Source: the human T2T-CHM13v2.0 reference genome, Homo sapiens. Taken from it: a stretch of DNA of 64,000 nt. Below, piece by piece: positions 12,290 to 25,730 of the stretch. Position numbers and translations under genes: made by a program. The first letter of the stretch is position 1, and each line of letters starts with the position of its first letter. Below the pieces are notes generated by a model. The model ran no database searches. It saw nothing but the letters and a program-made list of their open reading frames with translations, and was not told the DNA's origin. The stretch lies in the NCBI RefSeq assembly GCF_009914755.1, contig NC_060928.1. The stretch is one strand, 5' to 3'.

Positions 12290-12910
12290 AATATTTGAAA
12301 AGTCTTGCAAAGGAACTTGAATTTATCCAAACGCAAAGCAGAGCTGTGAAGAAATTTTAAAAGACTGACATGTCGGACACCATTGTTGATGGATGGGATG
12401 GAGTAGACGAATGGAAGAAGAATGACAAATTAGAGATTACTGCAGTAATCAGGAATACTATCGTATTGCCTTGAACTAAGCAGCAGAGGGGACTGAAAGG
12501 AATGCCTAAGGTATGTCAACGAAGCAGCAAAAACAGATCTTGGAAAACATTTGAAAATAGGAACGAAGAAGAGGGACTCAGGTTTCTGATGTGAACAATT
12601 TGATGAAAAATATTATGCTCTATGCAATGGAATTCATGACCAGAACCAAATTTAAGAGCTGAGAAATAAGATCAGTTTTGAACATGTCAAACTTGAAGCA
12701 CTAAGGGAACATCCACGTAGACAGCACTGCACGCATATGGACAGATGAGTCTGAGTGAAAAAAGCAAGGTGTGTGCTGAAAAAAGAGATTTGAAATTATC
12801 AATAAATACATGGTTATTGAAGCCATAGTGATAGAAGGCATTTCTGAAGAAAAGGATATACTAAGAGAATGGATCAAGGATGCAATCTTGGAAACATCAT
12901 CATTTAAAGC
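12290..12910 (-). mobile_element. L2 LINE fragment
   Basis: gagattactgcagtaatcagg..gaactaagcagcagagggg; agatcagttttgaacatgtcaaacttgaag. Confidence 0.65.
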
Positions 12911-13085
12911 ATTGATTCTTGTTTCTCAATAATTTGAACGCATAAAATTATGTCTAAAGCTGGAAAAAATCTTGTTATCTTTCCACCGCAAACCCAATAT
13001 GAGGTATTTCTTCTGGAGACCACCACAATGAAACCCTAAGTGAAGATTCAAAGAAATTACTTGAATAATTAAAAATAAGAAAGGT

Positions 13086-13372
13086 GGTCAGGCACGGTGG
13101 CTCACTGGTAACCCCAGCAATTTGGGAGGCTGAGGAAGGCAAATGGCTTGAGCCCAGGAGTTCAAGACCAGCCTGGGCAAAATAGTGAAACCCCATCTCT
13201 ACAAAGAATACAAAAAATTCATCTGGGCATGGTGGCAGTTTTTAGTCCCAGCTACTCAGGAGGCTTGAGGTGGGAGGATCACATGAGCCCCAGGAGGTTG
13301 GCGCTGCAGTGAGCTGTGATCGTGCTACTGCAACCTAACCTGGGCAACAAAACAAAACTTTTCTAAATAAAT
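13086..13372 (+). mobile_element. AluJ SINE with TSD AAATAAGAAAGG
   Basis: Diverged dimer with gcttgagcccaggagttcaagacc; TSD at 13073-13084 and 13373-13384. Confidence 0.92.
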
Positions 13373-16274
13373 AAATAAGAAAGGCATATTCACCTATCTG
13401 AACATGGTGGAAACATATTTTCTAAAGTGCCTGAAATCTCTAAACTATTTCCTGTGTTTACACAATACAATACAACCCTAATATTGGTTGAAAGGCAAAT
13501 GTATTTCAGTAGCAACTTGATTCATGGTGGAAAAAAAAATTACCTTAAGATAAAGTTCTTTAGAGAATAATGAAGAAATTACAGAGAAACAAAACCAGGG
13601 ACTAAAAATTCTTCTCAATTTTAATAATGTGCTTAATATTGATACATTTACAACCTACTAAATTAATATATTAAATTTGTGTAGTATCAGGTTGGCAAAG
13701 ATTGGGAGAATTATGCCAAATGAGGTGAAACAGTACTTTTACATACAGATTTCTTACGAAAGGACAAATTTTTACAATTTTAAGTTAGTTTGTTATATGA
13801 AAATACACACACACACACATACATAACATACTAGGAAAAAAGGTAAAATTTTGATCCAATCATTCAAGTTCTAGGAAGTCACTCTAATGAAAGAAATATA
13901 GAGATATGTAAAAGGTATGTAGATACCAAGGTATTCACTGTAGAGCAGATCCTAAGCGCTAAATAAAAAAATCCTAGAATCCAATCATAACGTGCTGATT
14001 AAATAAAACTTAAGCTGTGTAAACTTAAGTTAGAATCCATGAAGCAGTTAAGAACTGATGACATGACCAATGGCTCTTGATCAGAGATTCATGGTCCTGG
14101 GACCCATAAAACTTTATACATTTTCTTGCAGATACATTTTTTGAGGGAAGGAAATATTCCATAGATTTCTTTATAATATCAAATGATCTAAAACAGTGTA
14201 AGAACCATGGCAATAACAAGTCAATATTTATATTTAAAAAACTGACAAAACTCAGATTTTAAAAAGCATGTTTAATAACATACATATAAAATTTCATGTT
14301 TGTAAAAAATAAAGATATGAGTAAGTATTCATATGTAAAAAGTTATAAAAAGCTGTGTAAGAAAATATTAAAAGTGGTTATTTGCAAGTGAATTTTAGGC
14401 ACTTTATTCAAAAGGAAAAATCTAAAAGTTATCTATGATCTGTATATTTAATACTTTAATGAACATACTAATATAATAGCACAACAACATTATAAATAAT
14501 ATAAGTAAACTATTATTAATATAAATACAATTTATTTTATATTGTTCAATCCTTAGAAAAATAATCTAAGTATTAAAATAGGTATAGTAATTTTAAATTT
14601 TAAAACCAAATTCACTTGGAGTAAAAACCACAATCCCATCAAATATCATAATTCCTATTAACAAGAGGTCAAAACCAGTACAGAATACAGCCCTCCTTGG
14701 GTCTGCAATTTGTGATTCAGTATTGTCCATGAATGCATCCAAACAATATAATGGCTTCTCTCTCAGCCTTAAGATGAATAAAGGCTGGGCCTCTATTATT
14801 AATTAACTAAAGAACTTTGGCTATTTAATTTACATATCGTTTTTTAGGCTTAATGGTATGCCAAGCTCTACCCTAAAGCTCTACTGTAGTTACTAGATCA
14901 CCGCTTTAAAGTTATATCTTTTTCTGATTATCTTACATTGTATTATACAATAATATGTGCATAAACTTGCAATACTGACATCATGAACAATGTGAATTCA
15001 CTAGAAAAATAACTCGATGAGTCAGATATAGAAACAAGAAATAACAGGCAATTTCAACCTTACATGAAATAAAATCCTATAGTCAGCAAGGCCTTATTCT
15101 CAGTTACTGGATTTTCTCACATAAACCTAAAAAACAAAATTAGGCTCATAAAAGTGGGCTTGAAGAGATGAGTCTATACAAATCTTATATGTAAGAAAAC
15201 ACATTTTTCACTTAAATGACAATGTGGAATTCACATCAGACTTGTATTATTAGCCAAATGAAATATATGCACAAAATGTTTTATCGTTTTATATTTAAAT
15301 TGTGGCTTGTTACATAAAATGCCTTTCAAAATCAAGTTGACATCAATGTGTCCTCAGCAGAAATTAAATGAACACCCCCTTCTAAGAAGTGTTAATTGAT
15401 TTCTAACTCTGATCATTCCTCTACAAGCCTTATGCCTTAAATATTACCCAGATAATACAAAACTTCTAAAACTGCTACCAGCCTCACGTTGACAGAATGC
15501 AACATAAAAATGGAAATATAACTACTTGGGATTACAGTATATAAAGTTAACAGAAGCTTACTGTAAAGGAAGTTACTGAAATTGGTAAACAATTGCAGTT
15601 GCTCTGCAACACTAGTTTCTAGAAGCACTGTTCCCTACATAGAATGACATGCAAAGGAAAAAGCTGATTTTCTCATTTCCTCAGAATATCTGAAGCAATC
15701 AACAATAATTCAAGTAGATTAGTCACATATGAAAGCGTTTAATTGCTCAACAATGTGAATTACTAAAAATACATATTTAAAGAATCAAACTACTGGTTTG
15801 AAGTCAAAGAACCATATTGAAATCTACCTAGTTATTACATCAAATCAATTGTTTTCCAATTTCAAGATCAGCCTTTCCTTCCTGGGTACTTAAATATTTC
15901 CAAGTATCCTGAAAAAGTTCAAAAATTACAGTACTTAATCCAGAGAGTTAAGCCAGTCTTTTCTAAAATTTTGGAATCTTGTCTATATTATTAAATAGTA
16001 AAGTAAATGCCCTAAATATAGGTTATGAAATATATATTCAACACTCTGGACAATTGATTTTATCTATTTACTCAATAAATGTTTAATAATGGAGATCAGA
16101 AAAGTAAAACAATGCGTGAAATTCAAAAACAAGTCCCTGACATTTCTGGAGACTACCTTGCCATGGGAAAATTAAACTATTAAAAAGGGAAATTGCCTGG
16201 TACTCTTAGAATAAACAGAGGCCCTCAAAGGAAGAGATCTGTGCCTTTTTGTGCACTGATCGATACCCAATGTC

Positions 16275-16769
16275 TAAGGTTCTCAAAGTGTGGTCTGGGA
16301 ATTTCTGGGTGTCTGTCCAGAATATCCTTTTGTGGGTCTGTAACATCTAAAGTATTTTCAGAATAATAATAAGAGGTGTTTTTTTGCCTTTTTCACTCCC
16401 ATTTTCTTATAAGTGTACAGTCAAGTTTGTCTGGGGCTACCTACTGTGTGATATCACTGAATGCAGAGACAGATATGACAATTCAGTTGTCTTCAAGTAA
16501 GCCAGACATAAGCAAATTTCAAAACTATAAAATAATACCACACTCCTCACTAATTGTTTTTACTTTGGAAAATATTTTTTCATAAATATGTTAATGTGTT
16601 TATCCTTGCCATTTCTAAATGAATAACAAATAAATATGTTTGAACTTTCTTGGCTCTAACGTCAATGTGGTAACTATCAATAGATATAATGTATGCAAAC
16701 AAAAGCTCTTTGGCATCTTCAACAGTCTTCACAGGTGTAAGAGACTCTTAAGACCCAAAAGACCAATGG
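16275..16769 (+). mobile_element. hAT-Charlie DNA transposon (Charlie1b-like) inserted into an L2 3' end
   Basis: ggttctcaaagtgtggtc...tgaatgcagagacagatatga...aagccagacat...aacaaaagctctttgg. L2-tail phrases lie on both sides (16225-16274 and 16770-16820). Confidence 0.75.
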
Positions 16770-18339
16770 CTTAGCACATAGTTAGTGTTCAATAAGTATT
16801 TGTAAACTAAATTGTGAATTAATAATGAAGACCATACTGACGCAGTGATCACTGAGCTGAAATCTGAAGGGATAGATAGAGATCTGTGAGGTAAGTGAAA
16901 CATAATGAAGGGGTTCTTCAATAACGTATACAGTTTAAAAGTAATGCTATTTAACATTTTTTCCCATGCAATTAAGCAATTTATAGAAAATGATTGAAAA
17001 TGAAATATCCTCTTACAAATGAGAAACTGCACGGGATGACGGTCAACAACCATGAAAGGTTATTGCCTCTCCACAAACTTTATTCTGTAATTTTAGACAG
17101 AACATTTGTTTTAGAGCTGGACATCCAAACAGCTTTCACAGGAATACTGTGCTGAGAGAAACAAGGTGGTTTATCATTAGCTTTATCATTTTCTAGAATG
17201 CATCAGTTTTAAAATAATGTTATTGTAATCAATGTTATTATTATTTGCTATTTTTTAAATGCCAAGGCAAAAGAAAATACCAAATAATGTGTTTGCTCAA
17301 TGCTGTTTCCAAACACTACCCACTCATGATCCTTCTTTCAACTTTTGGGCCGGTTAACGATTTCTTTTTGGTATATGAATACGTGAGACTTCATCAAAGA
17401 CAAAATTTGAAGTTACTTACATGATAAAATAAGATACCATATATTCGTTGAAGGAATACCAACAATTCTGAGAGTCCTGAGATATGTGATCAAAATAATA
17501 AGGTGATATGGTCTATTTTGCAAGAAGAGCCTGTTAATAAAGTAAAAATTGAACAGGAACAGAGGTGGCTTAGAAAAAAAATAAAATAAAAGAACTTTGA
17601 CGTTTTACATGAAAGTCTTCATAAGTTCCTGGATGATCTATTAGTGAATAAAGGCAAGTATAACAAAGTCATTTCCAAGATTTTATAAAAGGGAGGCAGA
17701 TTATGAAAGCATTCTGATGGATGGCATCAAAAATACACTCTTGAGCACGTAGCCCTGTGGTCTGCCTAAAGACGAGAGGGAAAACCCCTTGTTGACCATA
17801 AAAGGGCCGCCTGCATGTTCTCAGTGGAGAGCATACAGGATCGTATTTACACAAGTATAAATACATGCCATTCCTTTGTGCTCACAGGCGCTCCAGAAGG
17901 CTGGCCAGGGGAGGAGGGTCCAAGAGCTCAACGCAAACAGGATTCAAAAAGCCTGTAACATTTTTCCAACATCGAATGTACTTTATTTTTCTAGCTTATC
18001 TTCTTTCATGATTAAAAAATATCTACAAAGCATAGAATCACTATAATTTAACAGGTGGCAGCTCTAGAAATACTTGAAAATAAGCCTTTAAGATTCCACA
18101 GGAGAAGAGAAAAACACTTCCCATAAATAGATACTTTTTTCTAGTAACACTACAGCTGTATGAAAATTGAGGGGAAAAGAAGAATGTATTTGTGTCAATA
18201 ACCATGCCCTATCCATTTACATTTCTTAGTAACTTACAGGCTAAATTTTGAAAAATTCTGAGAAACAGTAAGAGCACAAATCACCAAGACCTAAAACAGA
18301 CAAAAAAAATACTGCTACCAATACACTAAAGGAATAGAT

Positions 18340-18466
18340 GTATATAATATACATGTATATTATATAATTATAATATTATTATATTGTAATTATATATGTA
18401 TAATTATAATTATATTGTAACAACATGTATAATTACAATATATAATTATGTATAATTGCAATATTG
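18340..18466. repeat. AT-rich low-complexity tract
   Basis: tatataattataatattattatattgtaatt... arrays. Confidence 0.8.
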
Positions 18467-19024
18467 TGATTAGAGAGCAATCAAATGGATATGAATGATT
18501 ATGAATACAATGAATAATTTCCTCTTAAAACCTTTAAGGAATTCTGAGATTTCTGCTTAGTAATATGTGTTAGACAGATACCATACAGATCTCAGATTAT
18601 CCCTCTCGGCTAGAGTATGTGTGACTTAACGTCCTATCCCAAGGTTAAAATGAGCATTAGTAGTCATTTAATCTGATTATCTTTTCAGTGAGTGAATTCC
18701 CTCGAAAAAATCTGTGCTTGGTGCCCTATAGCCCAGGAACCTATGTAACTAATAATGCTTAAATGCTCTACTCACTTCTATTTAAGGGTAACCCCTACCA
18801 ATGAGTAACAGAAAATTCAAGTCTGGCTCAACCCCCCGGTGTATCAATATATCAACAGCACAGATCAGAAATGACGCAAATACAGCCTTAGGCAGGGAAT
18901 TAATACCTATGATGTAGCTCATTTCATCTCTGAGAAGCTCTGTTAAACTGTTTTACTGGTATCAACCTTGATATTATTCGCTCTAAATTCCCATGGTACT
19001 TCTTCATAAATCTATTTTCATATG

Positions 19025-19192
19025 TCCTTGCTAGTAAAAGTGTGGTGCACAGGCCAGCAGGATCAGCATCACATCAAATTATTAGAAATGCAGAATCTCA
19101 GGCCCCACCCGCAAGCCTACTGATGTAGAATCTGCATTTTAACAAGATCCGGGAGGATTCAAATGCACTTTCAACTCTGACAAGCACCACTA
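19025..19192. mobile_element. MER5A (hAT-Charlie MITE)
   Basis: aagtgtggt..cagcatcac..ttagaaatgcagaatctcaggccccacc..agaatctgcattttaacaagatcc. Confidence 0.88.
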
Positions 19193-19409
19193 TAAGTGCA
19201 CAAAACCTCTTGCTTTAAATGTTCTCCTGTGGAGCTACATTGGAGTGTTTTATTGGCCTCCCTGCATCAAACCTTTTTTTTTCACTCGACCCAATTTGTT
19301 TTCAGAAACCCCTACATTCATTTTCAGTCTATCTAGCCAAGAAGATGGGCAGAGAAACTAAAATCTATTAAGCAGACCAAGCATGTTGCCAGAAGTCCCT
19401 GTGAACTAG

Positions 19410-19550
19410 TTCTTAATGTTAACATTTTACAAATTAGAGAATTAAGTGCTCAGAAGGGTTAAGTGGTGAAGTCAAGATCATGTAACTAAAAAGTGAATAA
19501 ACCAGAATTTAAACCTAATTTCACTAAGCCATATTTTCACACTCTGCCTT
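19410..19550 (-). mobile_element. MIR remnant
   Basis: cattttacaaat..gctcagaagggttaagtg..caagatcat. Confidence 0.6.
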
Positions 19551-19754
19551 TTCTTCCACTGTGGATTTTCCTCATCCCAAACGTCCAGGCTTTCCCTTAA
19601 AACAAATATGTTGTGTTAGTAAGAATAAACTCCAAGGTATTTAAGAACTCTCGTTGACTTGTCTACATTTAAGAAATGAAACTGTAAATTGAGCAAGTCT
19701 GCTTAGCACCTAGCCAAATTAGAGCTTTAGTTCTAACAAATTAAAGTGGCTATT

Positions 19755-19975
19755 AGAGGCACTGTAACGATTAAAGGCATGTGCCATGGAGCCAGACTGC
19801 CCTTGCTGAAAACCACATGACCTTGGCTTGTGGCTTAAATTCTTCTTAGATTGGGATTAATGCTAGTAATTTCACTCAAATGTCTTCTGTGATCATTAAA
19901 GGTATCAATATGTGTTAAGAGCTTACATGCATGTCTAGTAGATGGTAAACACTGAGTATGTCTTAGCTATATTTA
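19755..19975 (+). mobile_element. MIR remnant
   Basis: gaggcactgtaacgattaaaggcatg..tggagccagactgcc..atgaccttgg. Confidence 0.6.
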
Positions 19976-20379
19976 TCACTAAATGGAATTCTTTATTCTG
20001 GCACATCTTCCTCTGTAAATAAAAAAAGGGCCTGTCTTCCACTAGGCATTATTTATATGCTTCCAAATCAATGCAATGTTTGCTTCTTTCTCTTCTATTG
20101 ATCTACTCACATGCACTGACTTCTTATCATGATTAAAAATGAAAAATAAAATCCATCACCAATGTGTGTCTCTTACATACTTTCACCATCACAATCAATT
20201 CATGTGTCCACTGTTAGCACGCTAGGGCAATTAACAAGTAGCTTGAAGATTTTCAAGACAAAAACTGCATGTGAAGACAAAAATGCCTGCCAAGTCCCAC
20301 AGGTGGCACCTTCAGGCTGGCGCCTGACAATCCATCTCAACTCCCAATTTCCAGTCCGCCAGCAAATACCAACAGCTCT

Positions 20380-20945
20380 CATTTCAGAATAAATCCAAAA
20401 CCTGACCACTTACCTACTTTGCTCTGGCCTAAGTCACTATCACGGCATTTGCTCCCTTGCTCCCCTACAGTGTATTCTCACTCGGCAGAAATAATCATCT
20501 CTATATAAAATTCATCACTCATCTACATGACCCCCTCCAGAACACAATCCCCCTTGCTGATCCTCAATCTTGCTAGGCACATTCTGACCCAGGGCATTTG
20601 CCTCTCCCCTTGGCCCTGTCTGTGAAGGCCTTCTCTGCCATCTCTGCAAGATCTGTGCTCAAAGTCACCTTCTCAGTCAGCCCTCGGTGACTTATTTCGA
20701 ACTGCAACAATGTGCCCTATCCCCACACTCTCTAACCCCCAAAACACAGCACTGACCATTTTCTATCATACCAATAGTTTACTTATTTATATGTTATTTG
20801 TCCTTTTTTCTCCCCTCAATAGAAATGTAAACTCCAGGAGACCACAAGTTTTGTACATTCTGCTCATTGCTTTTTAATCTGTGACTAGTATCTTGCTGCA
20901 TATGTCATAAATGCTAACTAAATAGTTGTTAAATGAATAATAAAC
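20380..20945 (+). mobile_element. L2 3' portion
   Basis: CT-rich sense L2 ending ...aatagttgttaaatgaataa. Confidence 0.7.
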
Positions 20946-20977
20946 AGATTTTATAGACATCTCTTAATATTTTAAAT

Positions 20978-21000
20978 TATATATATGTGTATATATACAT

Positions 21001-21055
<55 letters not shown>
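20978..21055. repeat. (TA)n microsatellite with a TACA/TG-interrupted 5' part
   Basis: More than 20 uninterrupted TA units at 21009-21055. Confidence 0.97.
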
Positions 21056-21057
<2 letters not shown>

Positions 21058-21264
21058 CAGTAGGGAAAATTCACAACAGTAATATGCTTTCTTCTAGACA
21101 GAAGTCTAAACCAAAAACCAAAGATTTATAAGAAAAAAGGAAAAACAGAAAAAATATAGCTCCTATTTATAGATGCTAAGCAACTACTGTCTCTTTTCCC
21201 AAAGCAGGGGGGCAAATGAATTTGTGAATTAAAGAGATCACTCTCTCTCAAAGAGGCTACTCTC

Positions 21265-21600
21265 CCTTAATGTGACAGTTTAGCTCAGGAAGTGGATGCA
21301 ATGACCTTGTACAAATGAAATTGCAGGAGCGATTGGCAGAGCAATTACTCATTTGGTCAGGATGCTGGCTAAAAACTCATAATCTTGCAAAAAGCACCTT
21401 GGGAATTTTAATGACCAAAGAGACTCAGCAGTTTAGTTTCAATTCTCTCTGAAAAACATCCAACATTGTACCACTCTCTCCCTCTATTATAATATTCACT
21501 CATGGGCCCAATCTGACTCCTAAATCACCAGGCTCATTATCAGAAGGATTTCAGCCCTTTGCTGCCAGGAGCTGATCGCGTCTGATCCAAATCAACTACT
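21265..21600 (-). mobile_element. AmnSINE1 / Deu-domain SINE relic
   Basis: Minus strand TGGTCATTAAAATTCCCAAGGTGCTTTTTGCAAGATTATGAGTTTTTAGCCAGCATCCTGACCAAAT...CCTGCAATTTCATTTG...CACTTCCTGAGCTAAACTGT matches the recalled Deu-core consensus. The 5S-derived head (toward 21600) is only weakly visible. Confidence 0.7.
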
Positions 21601-22319
21601 GGAACTAAGAAATTAGAATTCATATTCTATCCTCTTCCCATATTTGATTTGGCAATAGTTATCATGCCAACAAGAGGCTTTAGCCTTGATATTTCTTCTT
21701 GTAAACTATGTAACATTTGTTATATTTATGAAAAACTGAATGAAAGTAGGTTATGTCCTGCCTATTAAAAACAGCCTATGGAATATGCAGACAGAACTGT
21801 GAATCCTACAGAAAGTACTAGTTGTTAGTATTACTCACATCTGGCAGAGAAGATAGAGAGGAAACAACTTTAAAAAAACAAGAATTTTAAGGTAAATGCT
21901 GAAATATTTCTTTATCTACCACCTAGAATATGGACTATGTTATCAGAATGAGGCAAAAATAATAGCTTTGGTTTCACAGCATATGGTAAACAGAAATATA
22001 AAAAGTATAACTTAGGAAAAGCAACCAACCCACTTTAACGTATACTATATATTATTTCATCCAAGATGATTTCATTTATCAATAAAAATTATAAACAAGC
22101 ATGCTATAGTGAGGTTTCCACCTTTGTGATGAAAAATGGCCTTGGTATTATTTTATTTAATGAGCATGGCATTAGAAATTATACAGGATTTTAAACAACA
22201 ACCCCTTTTCTGAGGTAATAGTGAGCTCAAATTTGCCTAGGTCCCCGAAGGAAGAGCTACTGTCTTTTCTCCAGAGTTTATCTATTTATCATCAAGACCA
22301 CAGGAACAGAAAGACACGT

Positions 22320-22485
22320 CATGATGAGACAGACAGAGCCCGGGACTGAGAGTTGGACTTGTGTTCTAGTCTTGCTGCCAACAACATACATGACTAAGAT
22401 AATGACTTCACCTCCTAGAAAATGACCTCACTTAGACCAGAAGGAGAGGGCTAGGCAACACAGTATCTCAATCACTCCCAGTTCA
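22320..22485 (+). mobile_element. MIR remnant
   Basis: acagagcccgggactgagagttggacttgtgttctagtcttg..catgact. Confidence 0.5.
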
Positions 22486-25083
22486 TGTTTTCATATGTGT
22501 TAAGACTTTCTTGCCCTTGAAAATTTCCAGACCAAAAGCAGTAAGAAGACATCACCCAGTTTACTTAGGAATGCTTGAAATAATTTTTAATGTTACTTCA
22601 GGGAAAAAGAAGCAGGAGCAGAGAAATCTCAGTTGCAGTGTTAAGAAGGCTGGAAGCAGAAATGGGAATCTCTCTGCTCAGCTAGCCTAGTAAAGCAGTG
22701 TTAATGAGTCAACATTACAAACCTCAAATGACATAAAGAAGGGAGGTCAGCAGAATGGACCAAAGAGATCGCCCTCTCATCTGCTGGGATTCTAGCTCCT
22801 AAGAAGTAAACAAGATAAAAGACTAAAAGGGGTAAAAGCAGGAACGCACACAAGCCCTCTGCCCAGCCATCTCTTATTCAGGATCTGTGTGTATGAACAG
22901 CTGTGGTTCTGTAACCCTCTGCTATGGATGGACTAGCTGCAGGTTACACAGAGGGTTACTTTGGCACTTATTTCCCTACTCAAAAGACTCCACATTTACT
23001 TTTCTACTCAAAACTCTCTTTTAATTTAAAGTTCTCCCCTGACATGGCCTAGCTAATGCACTTTCAGGGGTTCTAGACTCTGCAGACAGTAGTTTTCATT
23101 TGAAACATGGAATTAAACTAAGTAAACATCAAAATGAAGGATGACAATGAAAGACAGGACAACAAGAAAAACTGAAATTCAGGAAATAAAACTGTGTGGT
23201 TTTGTTTCCTTGTTTATTTATTTGTTGCTTAGTTCCTTATTTATGTGTAGATAAATTAATGAGAGGTGGTATCACAAAACAACTGCCTTAGTTGAGGTAT
23301 AACAGCAAAAAGAGGTCTAAGAAACGAGATTGTCACTATCAGCCTTTTCCCCTCAATCCTTTAAACTGAATCCTTGATTCAGTTTAGTGTCATAAGCACA
23401 ATCTGCAGTGTTTCTTCCAAAAACTAAATAATATTTCCTAGGACAAAATATTCTACATTGACTATGATGTCCATATACTGTGGAGAGTGTGAATGTGCAG
23501 CCTTAGGGTAAAAGCAAAGTAGCAATAAAATCAGAAACTGCCTGACTTCAATAAGAGACAGGTTCTGGTATGGTTGACGGACATTCTATGCCTAGAAAGG
23601 GAAATTAATTTACAGTTTCTCGATCTGCTAGTCTCAATAAGTGTGAATAGCAAGTCTCTACGGTCTACACACACACTGTGGATGGTGTGCCATAGAATGC
23701 AGCTGCAAAGCAGGGATTTTCTTTCCATGTTTTTTATCTCACACACTTGTCTATAAATGAAGTCCATGGTGTGCAACCTAATGGCATTTTCCAGATGTTT
23801 CCAACAAGTGTACTAAAAAAAAAAAAAACCTCCCAGAATATTGTCTTGATCTTCAAGGCTCAAGAGGGGATGTACAGCTAAAAAAAAAAAAAAAAGGAAA
23901 AGACGAAAACCCCATATGGTGCCAAATGTTGGCAGCTATCTTCTTTCTTCCCAGACAAAACTCTTAGGTCTTGTGAAAACAACATTTCTTATAAACTGCC
24001 AAAAACAACATAGATAATTGTTGTGATGGCTCTCCTGCACCGACTGCTGCGGCCGCTTTGACTATATCCACATCGAGCTCTGGGATAAAATTAAGAGCCA
24101 ATTTTAAATCTTAAGCCTGAAGGGCCACCTTTAAGAATGCCACCTCCTAGGCTTCTAAAAAAAGTCTTGGCATATTAAGGTGCTTTCCGTTACAATAGGA
24201 GAAAATGCTATTTGTATTTGCCTTCCCTGAACCCTCTGTTTAAATTAGGTTTAAGGAATTAGCACAGCATTGTTTCTAATATAGTAGTAATATAAGCTTA
24301 CTATAGGAAATTTGGAAAATACTATGTATTTTAGAAAGGAAAGTACCAACACCCCCACCGCTGCCCTACAGCCTTTATAGATGAAATACTTACAACATTT
24401 TAGTGTATTTCATTCTAGTTCCTCTACATACATAGAAATATTTATGGGGGCATACATAAAAATATTTAAAATCTTATTCTCACCCTGCTTTTTCACTTAA
24501 CATTAGAGTGTGAGCATTTCTCTGTGGAGGCAGCATTTTGATCATTGCCCCGTATCCCCTGAGTAATGACAGCTCTGTGTAATTCACAGCATTTCTCATG
24601 GGAGGTTTATTGCTCTACTGGCTAGCCAAGGGACCAGTGTGAAATTCACCGAGGTCCTGTGCTGCTGAAATATGAGAAAGGTGAGAAAGGATTATAGCGC
24701 AGGAGAGTGGAAGCCCAAATGTCCATCTCTGAAAACATCCAGTTCCTTGGTGATTTCTTCAAGAAAAGAGAGACTATCTCTTTTGTTAAGAACCAAAAAG
24801 AGATAAATTTACTCACCAACGGTCTCCTACTATTAAGAATTCTTTGAAAGATTCATGATTATTCTTTTAAATACTCAAAGCATTTAAATATGTGTATAAT
24901 ATAGAAATGAGCCATTTATTCTGAATAACAGAGAGAAGTTGAAAAGTATTTATTACCTTCTGCCTAAGGGGGTGATCTCCTTGATTAACGTGCAAAGTAA
25001 TGGGGAAAAAGTCTAATGTGTACTTTTTTTTTTATTTCTTTCAGAGCATTAACCCCATTCTAGTTGGTCATTAAAAAGTAGTA

Positions 25084-25145
25084 TGTGTGTGTGTCTCTCT
25101 CTCTTTCTCTCTCGCTCTTTCTCTCTCTCTCTCTTGCTCACACAC
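25084..25145. repeat. (TG)n-(TC)n compound microsatellite
   Basis: tgtgtgtgtgtctctctctctttctctctc... Confidence 0.9.
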
Positions 25146-25730
25146 TGTCTGTGCTGCAATATTTCTTTATAACAAACTGGCCTCAGGAAATTATTAATGA
25201 AGGGTTAAGAGGTTACACAGCAGCTAAGCCCAGAAGAATGTCTGTGCAAAGAGAGAACTACCTATTCAGAAGGGAGGAGAATTGTTTGGGGAGGACTGGT
25301 AGTTTGAAAAGGAATTTCTTCCTAGCCAAGAAATTTTCTACACTGTGCAAAGCCAAAATAAAATGAGTCATAGCACTTCACATTTCCTAAGTGTGTATTA
25401 CTAGAATGACTTTTGACTTTCTATGGAAATCAAAGACTGCACAAATGAGAAAACAGAACTGTTTCCCCTTCCCCTACGTCCCCTTGAGGACATACCTGAG
25501 ATGATATAGGGTCAGTCCTGGCAGAAGCTGTTAAGAATTGGGTCACATATATTTGTAACTTACAGCTTTACCTTCAGGAAAACAAGCAGTAAGCATAACA
25601 GGAAATAAAAATAGCTTCACTCAAAGGTACATAAGCAACAGCATGTCCAACAACCACCAGCACTACCTATGACATTTTTCCTAGGCTATATATGCTATCA
25701 GAAACAGTCATATGTTTTAATCAATGATTA

